Positions 30,465 through 40,616 are shown, numbered from the stretch's first letter. The stretch is DNA of 64,000 bases from a virus (IMGVR_UViG_3300033073_001516:87747-151746); one strand, 5' to 3'. Program-made: numbers and translations. The notes: generated from the letters alone by a model not told the origin.

Positions 30465-31778
30465 TTATGAGACTTCGAAGGGTTCGTCTTCGAGAATTGT
30501 GAACAATTGCACAGGACCCTTCCACAGTTCTTTTATTTTCTTGACGCAATTGTCAGCGTAATCAAGTTCAAGGTCACGTCCGTCATGCTCATGACGTAGA
30601 ATGAGCGTGTCTTTTTTGACTTCATCAACATAGATCACGGGTATTGAATTGCCTCCGACACCATTAATCAGAGTTCTCTTTACATTATCCCAACCGTCTT
30701 CGTCAGATATATCTCTGATTGTCCAGTCAGGATTTTTTCCTTTTTCGGGAGCATAGGTGAAAAGGTTTAGATCTTCACCGAGCTCACGATCAAGATATTG
30801 CCATAGGAAATTTTCATCAGAGCAAGCTTCTCTTGCAATGAAACACTCCTCGATTCCCTTATCTTTCTCTATTTTCTTGAAAACTTCGAATCCAAGATGA
30901 TAGGGATTGATGCGACCCGGCCACGGTCTAAGAACAAGGTTATGACTCTTCAGGAATGGAATGTGCATCGAATCTGGAAGCTGGAGATCATGAACGATTC
31001 TATAATGCCAGAATGAAGCCCAGCCCTCGTTCATCACCTTCGTCTTAATCTGAGGCCAGAAATACTTCGCTTCATCGCGAATGACGGAGATGATATCACG
31101 CTCCCATGGTTCAAGATCCCTGCAATTATCAGCTATGAATCCAAGAACGTCGTATTCTATCTGCAGGGGTCGCTTATCTGGATTTAGATTTGCGTGCTTT
31201 TTAGGATCTTTCTTCTTGAGATCTAGAATCTCATTTCTAACTTCAAGGTCATCGCGCTTGAATCTCGGCTTCCTATCAACCTGATACTGAAGAACATGAC
31301 ACGCGTCGATAACTCTTTCAACATTTTCGACTCCGATCGAAGGATCTTCAACGTAAGACTGGAACCGCTTCTTAGCGTTTCTGAGACGCTGAATAATATG
31401 ATCGGGATCAGTGTCTTTGAATGTGATATTGTTCTTGAAAAAGTCGCTATGGCCAACGCAGTGAGCCATGATGAGAACTTGCAGGTAAAGCGGATTCTCC
31501 TGCATGAGATAAGCAATCGATGGATTCGAGTTAATGATCAGCTCGTAGGGAAGTCCCTCCGCTCCAGCGTTGTACATGAAATGCGTTCTCTCGAACGTCT
31601 TTCCATATGACCAGTGCCCGTAGTGGCTCGGCATACCATGATAGGACATATGACCAATCATCTCACGGTAATCGCAAGTTTCATATGAGATTGGGTACCA
31701 GTCGAGACCATGACCTCGCGCAATTTCGCAGATCTTCTCGTCCCATTGTTCTAGATCTTTGATGCTCCAATCGCTCAT
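30465..31778 (-). CDS. spoVR: SpoVR/YcgB family protein
   Basis: GMPSHYGHWSYGK, YELIINSNP, AHCVGHSDFFKNN, TKVMNEGWASFWH. Confidence 0.95.
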   Translation of the reverse strand: MSDWSIKDLEQWDEKICEIARGHGLDWYPISYETCDYREMIGHMSYHGMPSHYGHWSYGKTFERTHFMYNAGAEGLPYELIINSNPSIAYLMQENPLYLQVLIMAHCVGHSDFFKNNITFKDTDPDHIIQRLRNAKKRFQSYVEDPSIGVENVERVIDACHVLQYQVDRKPRFKRDDLEVRNEILDLKKKDPKKHANLNPDKRPLQIEYDVLGFIADNCRDLEPWERDIISVIRDEAKYFWPQIKTKVMNEGWASFWHYRIVHDLQLPDSMHIPFLKSHNLVLRPWPGRINPYHLGFEVFKKIEKDKGIEECFIAREACSDENFLWQYLDRELGEDLNLFTYAPEKGKNPDWTIRDISDEDGWDNVKRTLINGVGGNSIPVIYVDEVKKDTLILRHEHDGRDLELDYADNCVKKIKELWKGPVQLFTILEDEPFEVS

Positions 31779-32962
31779 GTCTTACCTCCGAATAACCTAT
31801 TGAACGTGGGCCAGATATCCTGCGCTGATTTGAGCATGGCGACCCTGAATTTCTTTCCATCGTCAATTTTGGAAACTGAATTCCAAAATGACATAGATCG
31901 ATCAGGCTCCCACGCCATACGCTCAGAATCTGGACAAATTTCACAATAGCATGTCATTTGCGAAATGTCTGAGAGCTCTCTAAATGCTTCAATCGCAGCG
32001 TTGTTATCTTCGGACCAGTTATCACCATCAGTGCAATGGAACGCGTAAATGTTCCACGACGATGGATGGAATCTCTTATTGATGATCTCAAGAGCTAACT
32101 TTGGAGCTGATGAGATATGAGTTCCTCCCGAAGCGCCACGCTTGAAGAATGAGTCCTCGTCAGTTTCAAAAGCCTCAGTTGTATGACCGATGAAGATTAT
32201 CTGAATTGCTTCATACTTGTGACGTAGGAACTGATACAGCAGGAAAAAGAAAGAACGTGCTATAAACTTGATGTTAGTCGTCATTGATCCAGACACGTCC
32301 ATCATAAAAAATATGACGGCGCTTGTAGCTTCCTTCGGCTTTTCCTTTATGTGATGGAATGAAAGATCATCTTCGTGGAAAGGAAATACTTCCTCTCCTG
32401 TAGTCGGATCAATTTCAATATCGCCGGCTCTCTTTGCAGCTGCTTTACGCTTGAGACGATTGATCATCGATTCACGCTTGTCCAGTCGCGTGATTATCCC
32501 GTGAGGGCGATGACCATGCCTCTTTGTCTTAAACTCTTTGATCTCACGAAGTTTTTTCTTCTCAAGCTCGGGAAGACCGAGAGAATCGAACAGATATGAC
32601 GCCAGCTCATCGAGGCTTATCTCAACCTCATAGAACTCTTCGCCCTTGTCCTTTCCAGCTTTGTTTCCCTGACCCTGCTCCTGCTTCTGACCCTTCTTTA
32701 CGACCTGACCCTTCTGAATGTCAGTTCCAGGAGCTGATCCTGCCTGCTTGTTATCAGCGTTGGGACCGTAGACGAACTGCCATTCTTTGATTCCACGAAC
32801 TGGAATCTTTACCTTCTTCTTTCCGTCTTGCCCGATGATCGATTCTTCTGCGACAATGTTATGCACACCCTCGCGAATTGCCTTTTCAATCTTCTGCTTA
32901 TGACGAGAACGGTCAGACGCCGAACGATCTGCTGAAGCTTCGTGTTGTTTGAAAGTAGACAT
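31775..32962 (-). CDS. yeaH: YeaH/YhbH (DUF444) vWA-domain protein
   Basis: MMDVSGSM MIDAS, SGGT, WNIYAFHCTDGDN. Confidence 0.93.
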   Translation of the reverse strand: MSTFKQHEASADRSASDRSRHKQKIEKAIREGVHNIVAEESIIGQDGKKKVKIPVRGIKEWQFVYGPNADNKQAGSAPGTDIQKGQVVKKGQKQEQGQGNKAGKDKGEEFYEVEISLDELASYLFDSLGLPELEKKKLREIKEFKTKRHGHRPHGIITRLDKRESMINRLKRKAAAKRAGDIEIDPTTGEEVFPFHEDDLSFHHIKEKPKEATSAVIFFMMDVSGSMTTNIKFIARSFFFLLYQFLRHKYEAIQIIFIGHTTEAFETDEDSFFKRGASGGTHISSAPKLALEIINKRFHPSSWNIYAFHCTDGDNWSEDNNAAIEAFRELSDISQMTCYCEICPDSERMAWEPDRSMSFWNSVSKIDDGKKFRVAMLKSAQDIWPTFNRLFGGKT

Positions 32963-32968
32963 CTGTTA

Positions 32969-33391
32969 CTAACTAGCACCTTCGATGAGGTCTTGAGCCC
33001 ATTGAACTGCAGGTACGAGATAAGGATAGCAACGTTTTTTCATAGCATCCCAAGTGAGCCAATGAAATCCATCATGCTCATAGCGATTTGTCTCCGGATT
33101 TGGGAGTATGACAGGATCTTGGTCGGTAGAGGCTAAAAAAATGACAACATCTTTATGTGATCTTTCTATTATCTTAGGATTACGTCCCCATCCCATGTCA
33201 GAGACAGAGACTGTTATCCCAGCCTCTTCTTTACACTCTCTAACCGCTCCATCAAAATCACTTTCACCAGACTCTACATGCCCCTTGGGTATGTCTATTT
33301 TTCCATAGACGCGTAAGCCCAGTACTTTCCATTCGTCGTGGTCTTTACGAACTATGATGAAACCAGCCGACCTCTCTTTCTTCTTAGCCAT
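32969..33391 (-). CDS. NUDIX hydrolase (Ap4A hydrolase-like)
   Basis: PKGHVESGESDFDGAVRECKEEAG Nudix box. Confidence 0.9.
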   Translation of the reverse strand: MAKKKERSAGFIIVRKDHDEWKVLGLRVYGKIDIPKGHVESGESDFDGAVRECKEEAGITVSVSDMGWGRNPKIIERSHKDVVIFLASTDQDPVILPNPETNRYEHDGFHWLTWDAMKKRCYPYLVPAVQWAQDLIEGAS

Positions 33392-33426
33392 GCGATTACT
33401 CTCTTTAGTGTAATCGTAACTAAAAA

Positions 33427-33765
33427 TCAGCGAGAGTAATCGTCAGAAATTCTCACAACATCATCTAATTCTGGGGTTGAGACCTCGACAAGAATTACGT
33501 CTTTCATGGGCGCTGAAAACCTGTGAACAGTCTTGGGCGTGACATGATACACATCTCCTGGATTGAGGTGCATTTCAACTAAATCAGTCCCCGTCCCAAG
33601 CTCAAGAAGCAATGTGCCACTAAGAACTCTGATTGTTTCTTCTTTAATTTCGTGATACTGCTTCGAAAGCCTGTGACCTTCAGTAATATACAGGTACTTT
33701 CCGACGTATTTCGGTGTTTCTGCCCAAATTTCTTCTTTTCCCCACGGCTTTTGAACTGTTCTCAT
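33427..33765 (-). CDS. Cupin (mannose-6-phosphate isomerase-like)
   Basis: KPWG, LSKQYHEIKEET, VHRF, EVSTP. Confidence 0.85.
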   Translation of the reverse strand: MRTVQKPWGKEEIWAETPKYVGKYLYITEGHRLSKQYHEIKEETIRVLSGTLLLELGTGTDLVEMHLNPGDVYHVTPKTVHRFSAPMKDVILVEVSTPELDDVVRISDDYSR

Positions 33766-33787
33766 ACCAAAATTTTAGATAATAATC

Positions 33788-34270
33788 TCAACGATAAATC
33801 TTGTCTCTACCTTTTTTAAACGCGTACAAGCTCAACATCGAACCTCCGAAGACGTTAGCGTCGAATTCGATCGGGTTGATATGATGCGGAGGCATTTTTC
33901 TTGGAATCGCATTAACTTCATGTTGCTTTAAATGAAAAGTTTCATGAGCAATTGATCTGAGAATATCTGCAAGAGATCTAGACGTGCAGTATATCCTGAT
34001 ATTCTTCTGCGGATACGAACAAATCGCTGTTGTCTTGATCTTGGATTTTTTACGATCCGAAGCAAGATAACAGCGATACACTTCGTTTAGCTTTAAGATT
34101 TTCGAGCAATGCTCTAGAAAGTCTTTGACTATTTTAATATCTCTCCGATTCATGTCACAGTTTCTGCTGACCATGAGCTCAAAAGATTTTGAATCTGACT
34201 CTGATAAATCTTGTTCGTCAAGATGAGACAGGTTATTCAAAACATCATTAAGCAACTCGGAGGATTTCAT
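33788..34270 (-). CDS. HExxH metallopeptidase-like protein
   Basis: DILRSIAHETFHLKQ...E.DAN. Confidence 0.65.
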   Translation of the reverse strand: MKSSELLNDVLNNLSHLDEQDLSESDSKSFELMVSRNCDMNRRDIKIVKDFLEHCSKILKLNEVYRCYLASDRKKSKIKTTAICSYPQKNIRIYCTSRSLADILRSIAHETFHLKQHEVNAIPRKMPPHHINPIEFDANVFGGSMLSLYAFKKGRDKIYR

Positions 34271-34273
34271 CTT

Positions 34274-34759
34274 TCACTTCTTTATTGCCTTAACTAGGTC
34301 GGACGATGATTGAATCTTACCTCCGCCCACACCAAAAATCACCTGTGTTCCCATCGATTCGCAAAGATCAAACTCAGGGACGTTCGTAGCAGCATCACGA
34401 TCTCCACCCTTCGTAAACGCGAACGGTTTTAGAATCCTGAGAGCCTCGGTCACCGTCTGGCTTCCGTCGTCCCAAGGAACGACATAATCAACGCCACGAA
34501 CTCCAGCGATAATCTCCATTCTTTCATCTTCGGGCATGAAAGCGTATCCCTTCTTTCGAAGCAGGAAACCATCACCATTCACGATAACGGCTAGCCGAGT
34601 CTTTCCCCCGATCTTCTGAGCGAGTTCTGCAGATTCTATTAAGCAACGAAGATGACCAACGTGCATTGGATCAAAACCGCCAGATGTAACAATCAAACGC
34701 TCATTATAGATGTCTGCATGAGTTCTAAGATCTTGAACTGATTCAAAAATTTCTGCCAT
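34274..34759 (-). CDS. Cytidylyltransferase-family protein
   Basis: SGGFDPMHVGH, KGGDR, KIQSSS. Confidence 0.88.
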   Translation of the reverse strand: MAEIFESVQDLRTHADIYNERLIVTSGGFDPMHVGHLRCLIESAELAQKIGGKTRLAVIVNGDGFLLRKKGYAFMPEDERMEIIAGVRGVDYVVPWDDGSQTVTEALRILKPFAFTKGGDRDAATNVPEFDLCESMGTQVIFGVGGGKIQSSSDLVKAIKK

Positions 34760-34768
34760 TTTTAACTC

Positions 34769-36397
34769 CTAGGTCTTATGAATTGAATCGCGGAACGATT
34801 CAGGGAACATGTCACGTTGCTGACCATAGAATCTATCCCAATCAGAATCCAAGATATAGGAAACAGCGTGATCATCAGCTGAGCGAATTGAACGACCGAG
34901 AGATTGAATAATCGTCTTAGCCGTCTGAAGTGGGTACCACCAGCTCCATTTCCTCATACGCTTCTGAACAAGCTTGTCACCGAGGTAAGGGTAAGGAACC
35001 TTACAGATGATCTGGAAGCGGCTCAAATCGCCCTTCAGGTCAACACCTTCAGTCATAGACGGCGTTACTAGAACAGTGGGCTCCTTGCTGCTGATATGCT
35101 GATTGAGAACGTCCTCTCGATCCTCCGACTTGTGAGTTAGAAGACGCTTGCTCTTAATGTTCTTCATGATATAACTCGAGACCTTGTATGAATGGCAGTG
35201 GATGATGCCTTTCTCATTTGGGTGAGCTGCGAGGATTTGCTTAACAGCTTCGGCTAGCTTCGGAAGCGTATTATCAATTTCTGCAGCGCTCATCTTACCG
35301 ATGGAGCTCACTAGAACTGGTCGATTTTCAACCGGAAACGGAGACGGAAGGCTGATGAAAGCCGCTTCGCTGAGTGGGATTCCAAGACTTTCGCAGAAAG
35401 CACGTTGATTTAGGATCGTGGCCGATAGCATTAGAACTTTCCTCCCGAACTTGAACAACGACTGTTCAGAATACGGAGAGATATCGATGGGCTTAAATTC
35501 AAGACGTCGAGTCTTTCGGTCCTCGGTCTCAGTGATGTTAAAGACCCAGTTATCCTCATCAAAAAGATCGAGGAACCGATTGACCTTGCACATGTGCTTG
35601 TCGAGCATCTCAATCTGACGCGAGAGAGCATCGAACTCCTTCACCTTCTCACGAAGACCAGCGTGCTGCTCGAACATGGACTCGATATGCTTCAGGTGGG
35701 AGGTGAGCTTTACGATATAGACGTTCTTGATCCAATCAAACGCAGCGCGCTCGCTGTTGAGAGTTTTTGGCATCTGGAGGTTTAGGACGGTCTGCGCAAA
35801 CTTCTCAGAAACAGAGACCTCAATAAACTTGCTGAGCTCAGAGTCAGAATTATGGGCTTCATCGATAACAAGAACATCACGTGGTAGTAGCTTTCCAGCG
35901 TAGGTCGTCTCAGCCATGAAGTATGAGAAGTTGGTGATGGACTCTGGAGATTCCATGAACTTTCCCTTCGCCTCTTTGTAATTGCAGCTGAACGAGCATG
36001 TTCTAAAAAATTTGGAAGTCTTATCCTGCTCCAGTTTCAATAGGCGCTGAGATTCACCGCATGACTGCTTCTTGTGATACTTACACTGATAGTTGGAACT
36101 AGACTTGATCGACGTCATCGGACCCTTGCATCCGCCGAAATCGTCAAGGTACTGCTCCTGTAGAATCTTCTGAGTCGTGAGAAAATAAGAACCACGCTTA
36201 TACTCACCATTTGGAATGAGCCAGCTCGAGAGAGCTCGAGAAATGCAAACACCAATTGCTGACTTTCCAACACCCGTTCCAGCCTCGATGATAACGAACC
36301 TCTTACCGCTCTCAAATTCATTGAGAGCAAATTCGATCGCTTCACGCTGCTGATCTCGAATTTGTCCGAATGGGAAATGATTTTCGTACTTGATCAT
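34769..36397 (-). CDS. DinG/XPD-family SF2 helicase
   Basis: EAGTGVGKS, IDEAH, LSAT, EGVD, QSLGRSIRS. Confidence 0.92.
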   Translation of the reverse strand: MIKYENHFPFGQIRDQQREAIEFALNEFESGKRFVIIEAGTGVGKSAIGVCISRALSSWLIPNGEYKRGSYFLTTQKILQEQYLDDFGGCKGPMTSIKSSSNYQCKYHKKQSCGESQRLLKLEQDKTSKFFRTCSFSCNYKEAKGKFMESPESITNFSYFMAETTYAGKLLPRDVLVIDEAHNSDSELSKFIEVSVSEKFAQTVLNLQMPKTLNSERAAFDWIKNVYIVKLTSHLKHIESMFEQHAGLREKVKEFDALSRQIEMLDKHMCKVNRFLDLFDEDNWVFNITETEDRKTRRLEFKPIDISPYSEQSLFKFGRKVLMLSATILNQRAFCESLGIPLSEAAFISLPSPFPVENRPVLVSSIGKMSAAEIDNTLPKLAEAVKQILAAHPNEKGIIHCHSYKVSSYIMKNIKSKRLLTHKSEDREDVLNQHISSKEPTVLVTPSMTEGVDLKGDLSRFQIICKVPYPYLGDKLVQKRMRKWSWWYPLQTAKTIIQSLGRSIRSADDHAVSYILDSDWDRFYGQQRDMFPESFRDSIHKT

Positions 36398-36508
36398 TGG
36401 CTCACTTTTAGTTTGAGGTTTGAGTTAAACTTCCTTCCATATTTTAAGCTTCACGCTCAAGAAGAATAGATATAAATGGAATAATAATAACATAGAAAGG
36501 AGGGCGCA

Positions 36509-37186
36509 ATGAAGACACTAGCCATATTGCTGATGATGATCATCGGATGCAATGAGACAAGAAGCGTTCCAAACCAGCAAAGTTTTGTCTACATACGAAC
36601 TCAATCAATTGAAAACGAAAAAGACTGTGAGGGCGAAGACTGCTCTTTGAAGATCACAACAAGCAGCGGGTCGGGATCAGTAATTCGTCATCGCAATCAT
36701 AATACCTACGTTCTCACTGCAGGTCATGTATGCGAAACTACAGATCCAAGCGTATCGATCGCGATAGCCATCGATAGCGCGGGAAACACTCATGAAATTG
36801 AAAAATCAAGATACTCTAGTGATCCGGACCTTTGCATCATGAAGTCGCTGGGATCGTGGGGAGTTCCATTGAAATTTTCGAATCCATCCGAGAGTTTAAA
36901 GTACGGTGACAGAGTGATCTCCATGTCAGCTCCGAATGGGATATTCTCAAAGAATATGGTTCCAATATTCAGCGGAATGTACTCTGGTAACTTACAGAAT
37001 GGAGATAATGTGTACACGCTTCCAGCGATGGCTGGAGCCAGCGGATCTGCCGTGCTAAATGACAAACTCGAAATCGTTTCAGTGATTCATTCCGCTGCAA
37101 AGGGATTTCAACACATCGCTATTGGAACAAACTCTCAGCGTCTTGATCAATTCATCAATAGCTCAAGCGATTTCATCGAAAAATAG
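36509..37186 (+). CDS. Trypsin-like serine protease with signal/lipoprotein peptide
   Basis: LTAGHVC, DLC, GASGS; hydrophobic N-terminus ending IIGC. Confidence 0.85.
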   Translation: MKTLAILLMMIIGCNETRSVPNQQSFVYIRTQSIENEKDCEGEDCSLKITTSSGSGSVIRHRNHNTYVLTAGHVCETTDPSVSIAIAIDSAGNTHEIEKSRYSSDPDLCIMKSLGSWGVPLKFSNPSESLKYGDRVISMSAPNGIFSKNMVPIFSGMYSGNLQNGDNVYTLPAMAGASGSAVLNDKLEIVSVIHSAAKGFQHIAIGTNSQRLDQFINSSSDFIEK

Positions 37187-37192
37187 AGCTGA

Positions 37193-37480
37193 CTATTTTT
37201 GAGATTCATCGCTAGCTAATAACGATCGATACGCGCGCTCGGCGCGATCTCTAGCCCAGAACGTCGCGTCATTTTCTGACTTAAAGCGTCTGCTCGGCGT
37301 ACTCAGATCATCTCTATCTTTCACCGTTACTCGCGCGAAATAACAGTTGTTGATGGGGTCGGCGGTGATAACGACATGAACTCCCGGGAAGTCACGCCAG
37401 TTCATGGTATCAGGTCTAGGAGATTTTAGATCCCTACCGATCTCTTCTCTGATAAGCTTTCTGAGCAATGAGATTGTCAT
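37193..37480 (-). CDS. Hypothetical protein with IREE-type leader
   Basis: MTISLLRKLIREEI. Confidence 0.7.
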   Translation of the reverse strand: MTISLLRKLIREEIGRDLKSPRPDTMNWRDFPGVHVVITADPINNCYFARVTVKDRDDLSTPSRRFKSENDATFWARDRAERAYRSLLASDESQK

Positions 37481-37549
37481 AGTGATCTCTCGATCTCTTT
37501 GATATCTTTTATGCTGGATAGAATAGCACGCGCCACTTCGGGATCAGTA

Positions 37550-37846
37550 TTAGCGAGTTTCCTGACTATCAATTCTAGATCTTTTATCGCTCGTCTCGAC
37601 AGATATCTCGACCTTGCTGATTGGTTCTCGGATTGCAATCAAATCTCCAGATTGATTTCTGCTTATAACTATCAAGCTCTCTTGCGTCATAGGGCATTTT
37701 TCAAATTGAAGATCTAGATCGCCGTCCAACGGAGCTTTATAGATGAAATCGTTATTCTCGTAGTTCAGAACTGGATTATAAAAATCCACGTCAGACGTGA
37801 GCAAAAGGCTCACGAAAAGAGCGATGAACATAACTAAAATCTCCAT
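37550..37846 (-). CDS. Hypothetical protein with N-terminal hydrophobic segment
   Basis: 98 aa ORF behind an ATATTTA motif. Confidence 0.5.
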   Translation of the reverse strand: MEILVMFIALFVSLLLTSDVDFYNPVLNYENNDFIYKAPLDGDLDLQFEKCPMTQESLIVISRNQSGDLIAIREPISKVEISVETSDKRSRIDSQETR

Positions 37847-37921
37847 TAACGTAAATAAATATCGCAGCTTAGAGTCTAAATCTCTAAGCTGCGATTAAAT
37901 TTGCATGCTACGTGATGTATT

Positions 37922-38476
37922 TTAAGAATTTTTTTTCATAATTTCTTTCATGATCTTAACACGTTGCTTTGCTTTACGAAGCTTATCTTTCGGTCGCTCT
38001 ATCTCGGTGCAAAAAGCGATAGTGTGCTCAGCTGCTGATGCTTCGCGTTTCTCGAGAGACATTATTTTCTTGCTCTTCTTTAAAGCACCTATGATTCTTT
38101 CTGTCGATTTCTTAGCGTCTTTCATTTCATGAGGCTTCATTTTTTTTCCAAGCCCTCGAGGGTTGATTTGAAAAACGCCAAGCTCCCCTTCGGATCCGAC
38201 CGCTTCAGGGTTCAACTTACTTTCTGCGTAAGCATTGACGATAGCTCCCATGATCAAATTGTCAGAGAATCCATGAGATCTAAGCTTACGTTCAATTCCA
38301 CGAGCGATGTTAGCCTGATCGTCGGTCAAAACTAAATTGTTCACAACTGTGAACTCATAAGGCGGCGGCTCAGCTCTCGAAACTTCGCTTGGATACAGGG
38401 CGATTGCGCTAACTGAAATAAAGCACAATCCACGTACCAATCGCGAGAGATGATGCGTTAACAATTGCAAGTTCAA
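37922..38476 (-). CDS. Phage tail lysozyme-like protein (Phage_lysozyme2)
   Basis: GAIVNAYAESKLNP, GVFQ, FCTEIERP. Confidence 0.75.
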   Translation of the reverse strand: MNLQLLTHHLSRLVRGLCFISVSAIALYPSEVSRAEPPPYEFTVVNNLVLTDDQANIARGIERKLRSHGFSDNLIMGAIVNAYAESKLNPEAVGSEGELGVFQINPRGLGKKMKPHEMKDAKKSTERIIGALKKSKKIMSLEKREASAAEHTIAFCTEIERPKDKLRKAKQRVKIMKEIMKKNS

Positions 38477-38705
38477 GTCTTTCTCCTTTTGACTTTGCGT
38501 CCAGGTAAAAAAACATGTTGAACGCGTTGATTAATGGCAGAACAAATCCGAGCGAGGTCGCAATCAGGACTTCTTTATGGGCTAGGGCTATTGAGAATCT
38601 CGTCGCGAAGATGTTCGTGCACATAGAAAGTGCGAACACAGCTAGGAGACGAACGATTCTCTGCTTTAGTATGCTCCGAATGTCTGTTTCCATGCGAGAT
38701 CTCAC
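38409..38705 (-). CDS. Small multi-pass membrane protein
   Basis: Three hydrophobic segments; adjacent to the lysozyme-like gene. Confidence 0.55.
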   Translation of the reverse strand: MRSRMETDIRSILKQRIVRLLAVFALSMCTNIFATRFSIALAHKEVLIATSLGFVLPLINAFNMFFYLDAKSKGERLELAIVNASSLAIGTWIVLYFS

Positions 38706-39022
38706 TCATCATTGTCTGCCAATTTGTAATTATGCTTCTCACTGACTTGCGTCCATGCCCGTTGACGTACCTCCATCATCACGTGGCCACGCTTTGATCT
38801 GTTCGAGAGGCGCCTGATCCTCTTTTCGCTAAGGATATCCCTAAGAATTTTTCGAAACTTTCGACGACATCGACGAGATTCATCTTTTGTCATAGATTCT
38901 AGAGCTTCATCGATGCTTTTCGGTTTCTCGTCACGAAAGGCGCACGCGATCGTAGGGTGGATAATCCCAAGGTCAAGAGCGATTATGTCGCTGAAAATAT
39001 CGATCTGATTGTACGCGCTCAT
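38702..39022 (-). CDS. Hypothetical basic protein
   Basis: AGGAG RBS before MSAYNQ. Confidence 0.6.
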   Translation of the reverse strand: MSAYNQIDIFSDIIALDLGIIHPTIACAFRDEKPKSIDEALESMTKDESRRCRRKFRKILRDILSEKRIRRLSNRSKRGHVMMEVRQRAWTQVSEKHNYKLADNDE

Positions 39023-39034
39023 GCTTTCTCCTAG

Positions 39035-39079
39035 AAAAATACCGAGCTCCAACTAAAGTGAATGTTGGAGCTCGGTATT
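39035..39079 (-). terminator. Intrinsic terminator
   Basis: 16-bp inverted repeat AATACCGAGCTCCAAC followed by a U-run on the minus strand. Confidence 0.8.
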
Positions 39080-39293
39080 GCGTTTACTGACCACTAGCAC
39101 CGTGTGGACTTTCAACTGGACACAAATTTATCTGATTGCTGAAATCAATCGGCGCGATACTCCATTTTTAGAACCGGAGAGAACGCGGTCCCAACGCTGG
39201 ACATTTCAGACCCTACGTTGAATAATAGTATTTCTCTCGGATGCAAGACGATACAAGGTATTGCATCTAAGCTATCACTAGAATGATAGCATG

Positions 39294-39368
39294 TGGTGAT
39301 CCCACTGGGAGTTGAACCCAGCTTGCGAGAGTGAAAATCTCGAGTCCTAACCGATAGACGATGGGATC
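39294..39368 (-). tRNA. tRNA-Glu(UUC)
   Basis: Cloverleaf, anticodon loop TTTTCAC, encoded CCA. Confidence 0.93.
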
Positions 39369-39372
39369 AAGG

Positions 39373-39446
39373 TGGTTGGGGCGTAAGGATTCGAACCTTC
39401 ATTCGCGGGGTCAAAGCCCGCTGTCCTACCGTTGAACGACGCCCCA
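39373..39446 (-). tRNA. tRNA-Gln(UUG)
   Basis: Loop CTTTGAC, U1-A72, CCA. Confidence 0.93.
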
Positions 39447-39488
39447 GCAGGGTTCCGTTTTTCTGGAACGGTTTCCTAAAACCCTAGA

Positions 39489-39564
39489 TGGTGGGCCCTG
39501 TGGGAATCGAACCCACAACCTTGGGATTAAAAGTCCCTTGCTCTGCCAGTTGAGCTAAAGGCCC
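39489..39564 (-). tRNA. tRNA-Lys(UUU)
   Basis: Loop CTTTTAA, CCA. Confidence 0.93.
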
Positions 39565-39608
39565 GTTTGATTTTGTTCGGCCGGTTTGTTTCCGCTCCTC
39601 ACATATTG

Positions 39609-39637
39609 ATAATAACATGGGGGCGGTAGCTTTGCAC
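39609..39637 (-). promoter_or_regulatory. Sigma70-like promoter (GTGCAA-N17-TATTAT, extended -10)
   Basis: One of nine similar sites; drives the Lys/Gln/Glu tRNAs. Confidence 0.6.
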
Positions 39638-39640
39638 GAT

Positions 39641-40237
39641 TTATTTCGGCTTAACGCCACTTTTTAGCACAATCTCGCAGATGTGCTCGAGTCGTTCGAT
39701 ATGCTCAAAGGCTGACCAAGGATCACCAGCGACGGCACATACGCCGTGATTTGCTTGCCCTACGATATCGTGCTGGAGTGAACCATCATCAGCCACCTCC
39801 AGGTGGGCTCCAGTTGCATCACCCAATTCACGTGATGTTGCCGGCAGGCAAGGTACATTAGGCCCAACACGGGTGTACCGGTTCACTTCTGGAAACTGCC
39901 TGGCGATCTCCTGAAGGTCCCAGCCGGCGAACATGGCGGAAACGATATGGGTCGCGTGAACGTGGACGACGGCGCGGGTCTTCGTGGCGTTTTTCTGGAT
40001 TAACCAATGCATGTGAAGCTCGCCGGAAGCGTTCTGTCCGCTAGGAACAACAACACCATCGTCCGTGAGCTTGCATTTCACGATGTGCTCTGGATGTATG
40101 ATCGTCTTTCGCCAACCCGATGGCGTGATGTAGAGAGTTTTTGAGTTAGTTCTACGAAGCGAAATGTTGCCATCTCGCGTGGTGATCCACCCACGCTCAT
40201 GACACTCACGCATGATATCACCGATCGCTGTCAGCAT
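39641..40237 (-). CDS. Class II aldolase/adducin family protein
   Basis: DGNIS, ITPSG, SGELHMH, VVHVH, NHGV. Confidence 0.9.
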   Translation of the reverse strand: MLTAIGDIMRECHERGWITTRDGNISLRRTNSKTLYITPSGWRKTIIHPEHIVKCKLTDDGVVVPSGQNASGELHMHWLIQKNATKTRAVVHVHATHIVSAMFAGWDLQEIARQFPEVNRYTRVGPNVPCLPATSRELGDATGAHLEVADDGSLQHDIVGQANHGVCAVAGDPWSAFEHIERLEHICEIVLKSGVKPK

Positions 40238-40238
40238 T

Positions 40239-40616
40239 TCAATCCTTCAAAAGTTCTTGGTGTTTAGTTCCACCATCATATGCGATTGCAAATCCCAGTT
40301 TAACGAGTTCATCGTTGCAGCACAAACCGTCCTTCGTGTAGACTTTTCCAAGCCACCGCCCGTACTTGTCTAAACCACCCGACTCAAGATACACGTCCTG
40401 GTCGAGTATTTTCGATCTGAGCCAGTCACGAGCAGCGAGACCCTTCTCCTTTAGCTGCTTATCATCACTTTTGAGCTCAGCTGTATCGATTCCGACCAGT
40501 CTAACCTTGAGACCCTTAAGCATCATTGAAAATCCAAGGTCAATGTCAACGGTGACTGTGTCGCCGTCGTACACCTTCTTGACGTTCGCGCGATAGAAGA
40601 AACAACGAGAATCCAT
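40239..40616 (-). CDS. Thermonuclease (SNase-like)
   Basis: VYDGDTV, RLVGIDTAE, DKYGRWL. Confidence 0.92.
   Translation of the reverse strand: MDSRCFFYRANVKKVYDGDTVTVDIDLGFSMMLKGLKVRLVGIDTAELKSDDKQLKEKGLAARDWLRSKILDQDVYLESGGLDKYGRWLGKVYTKDGLCCNDELVKLGFAIAYDGGTKHQELLKD

Noticed and set aside
39080-39290. RNase P RNA (GAAAGUCC)
   Set aside because: Too short and no matching P4 3' strand
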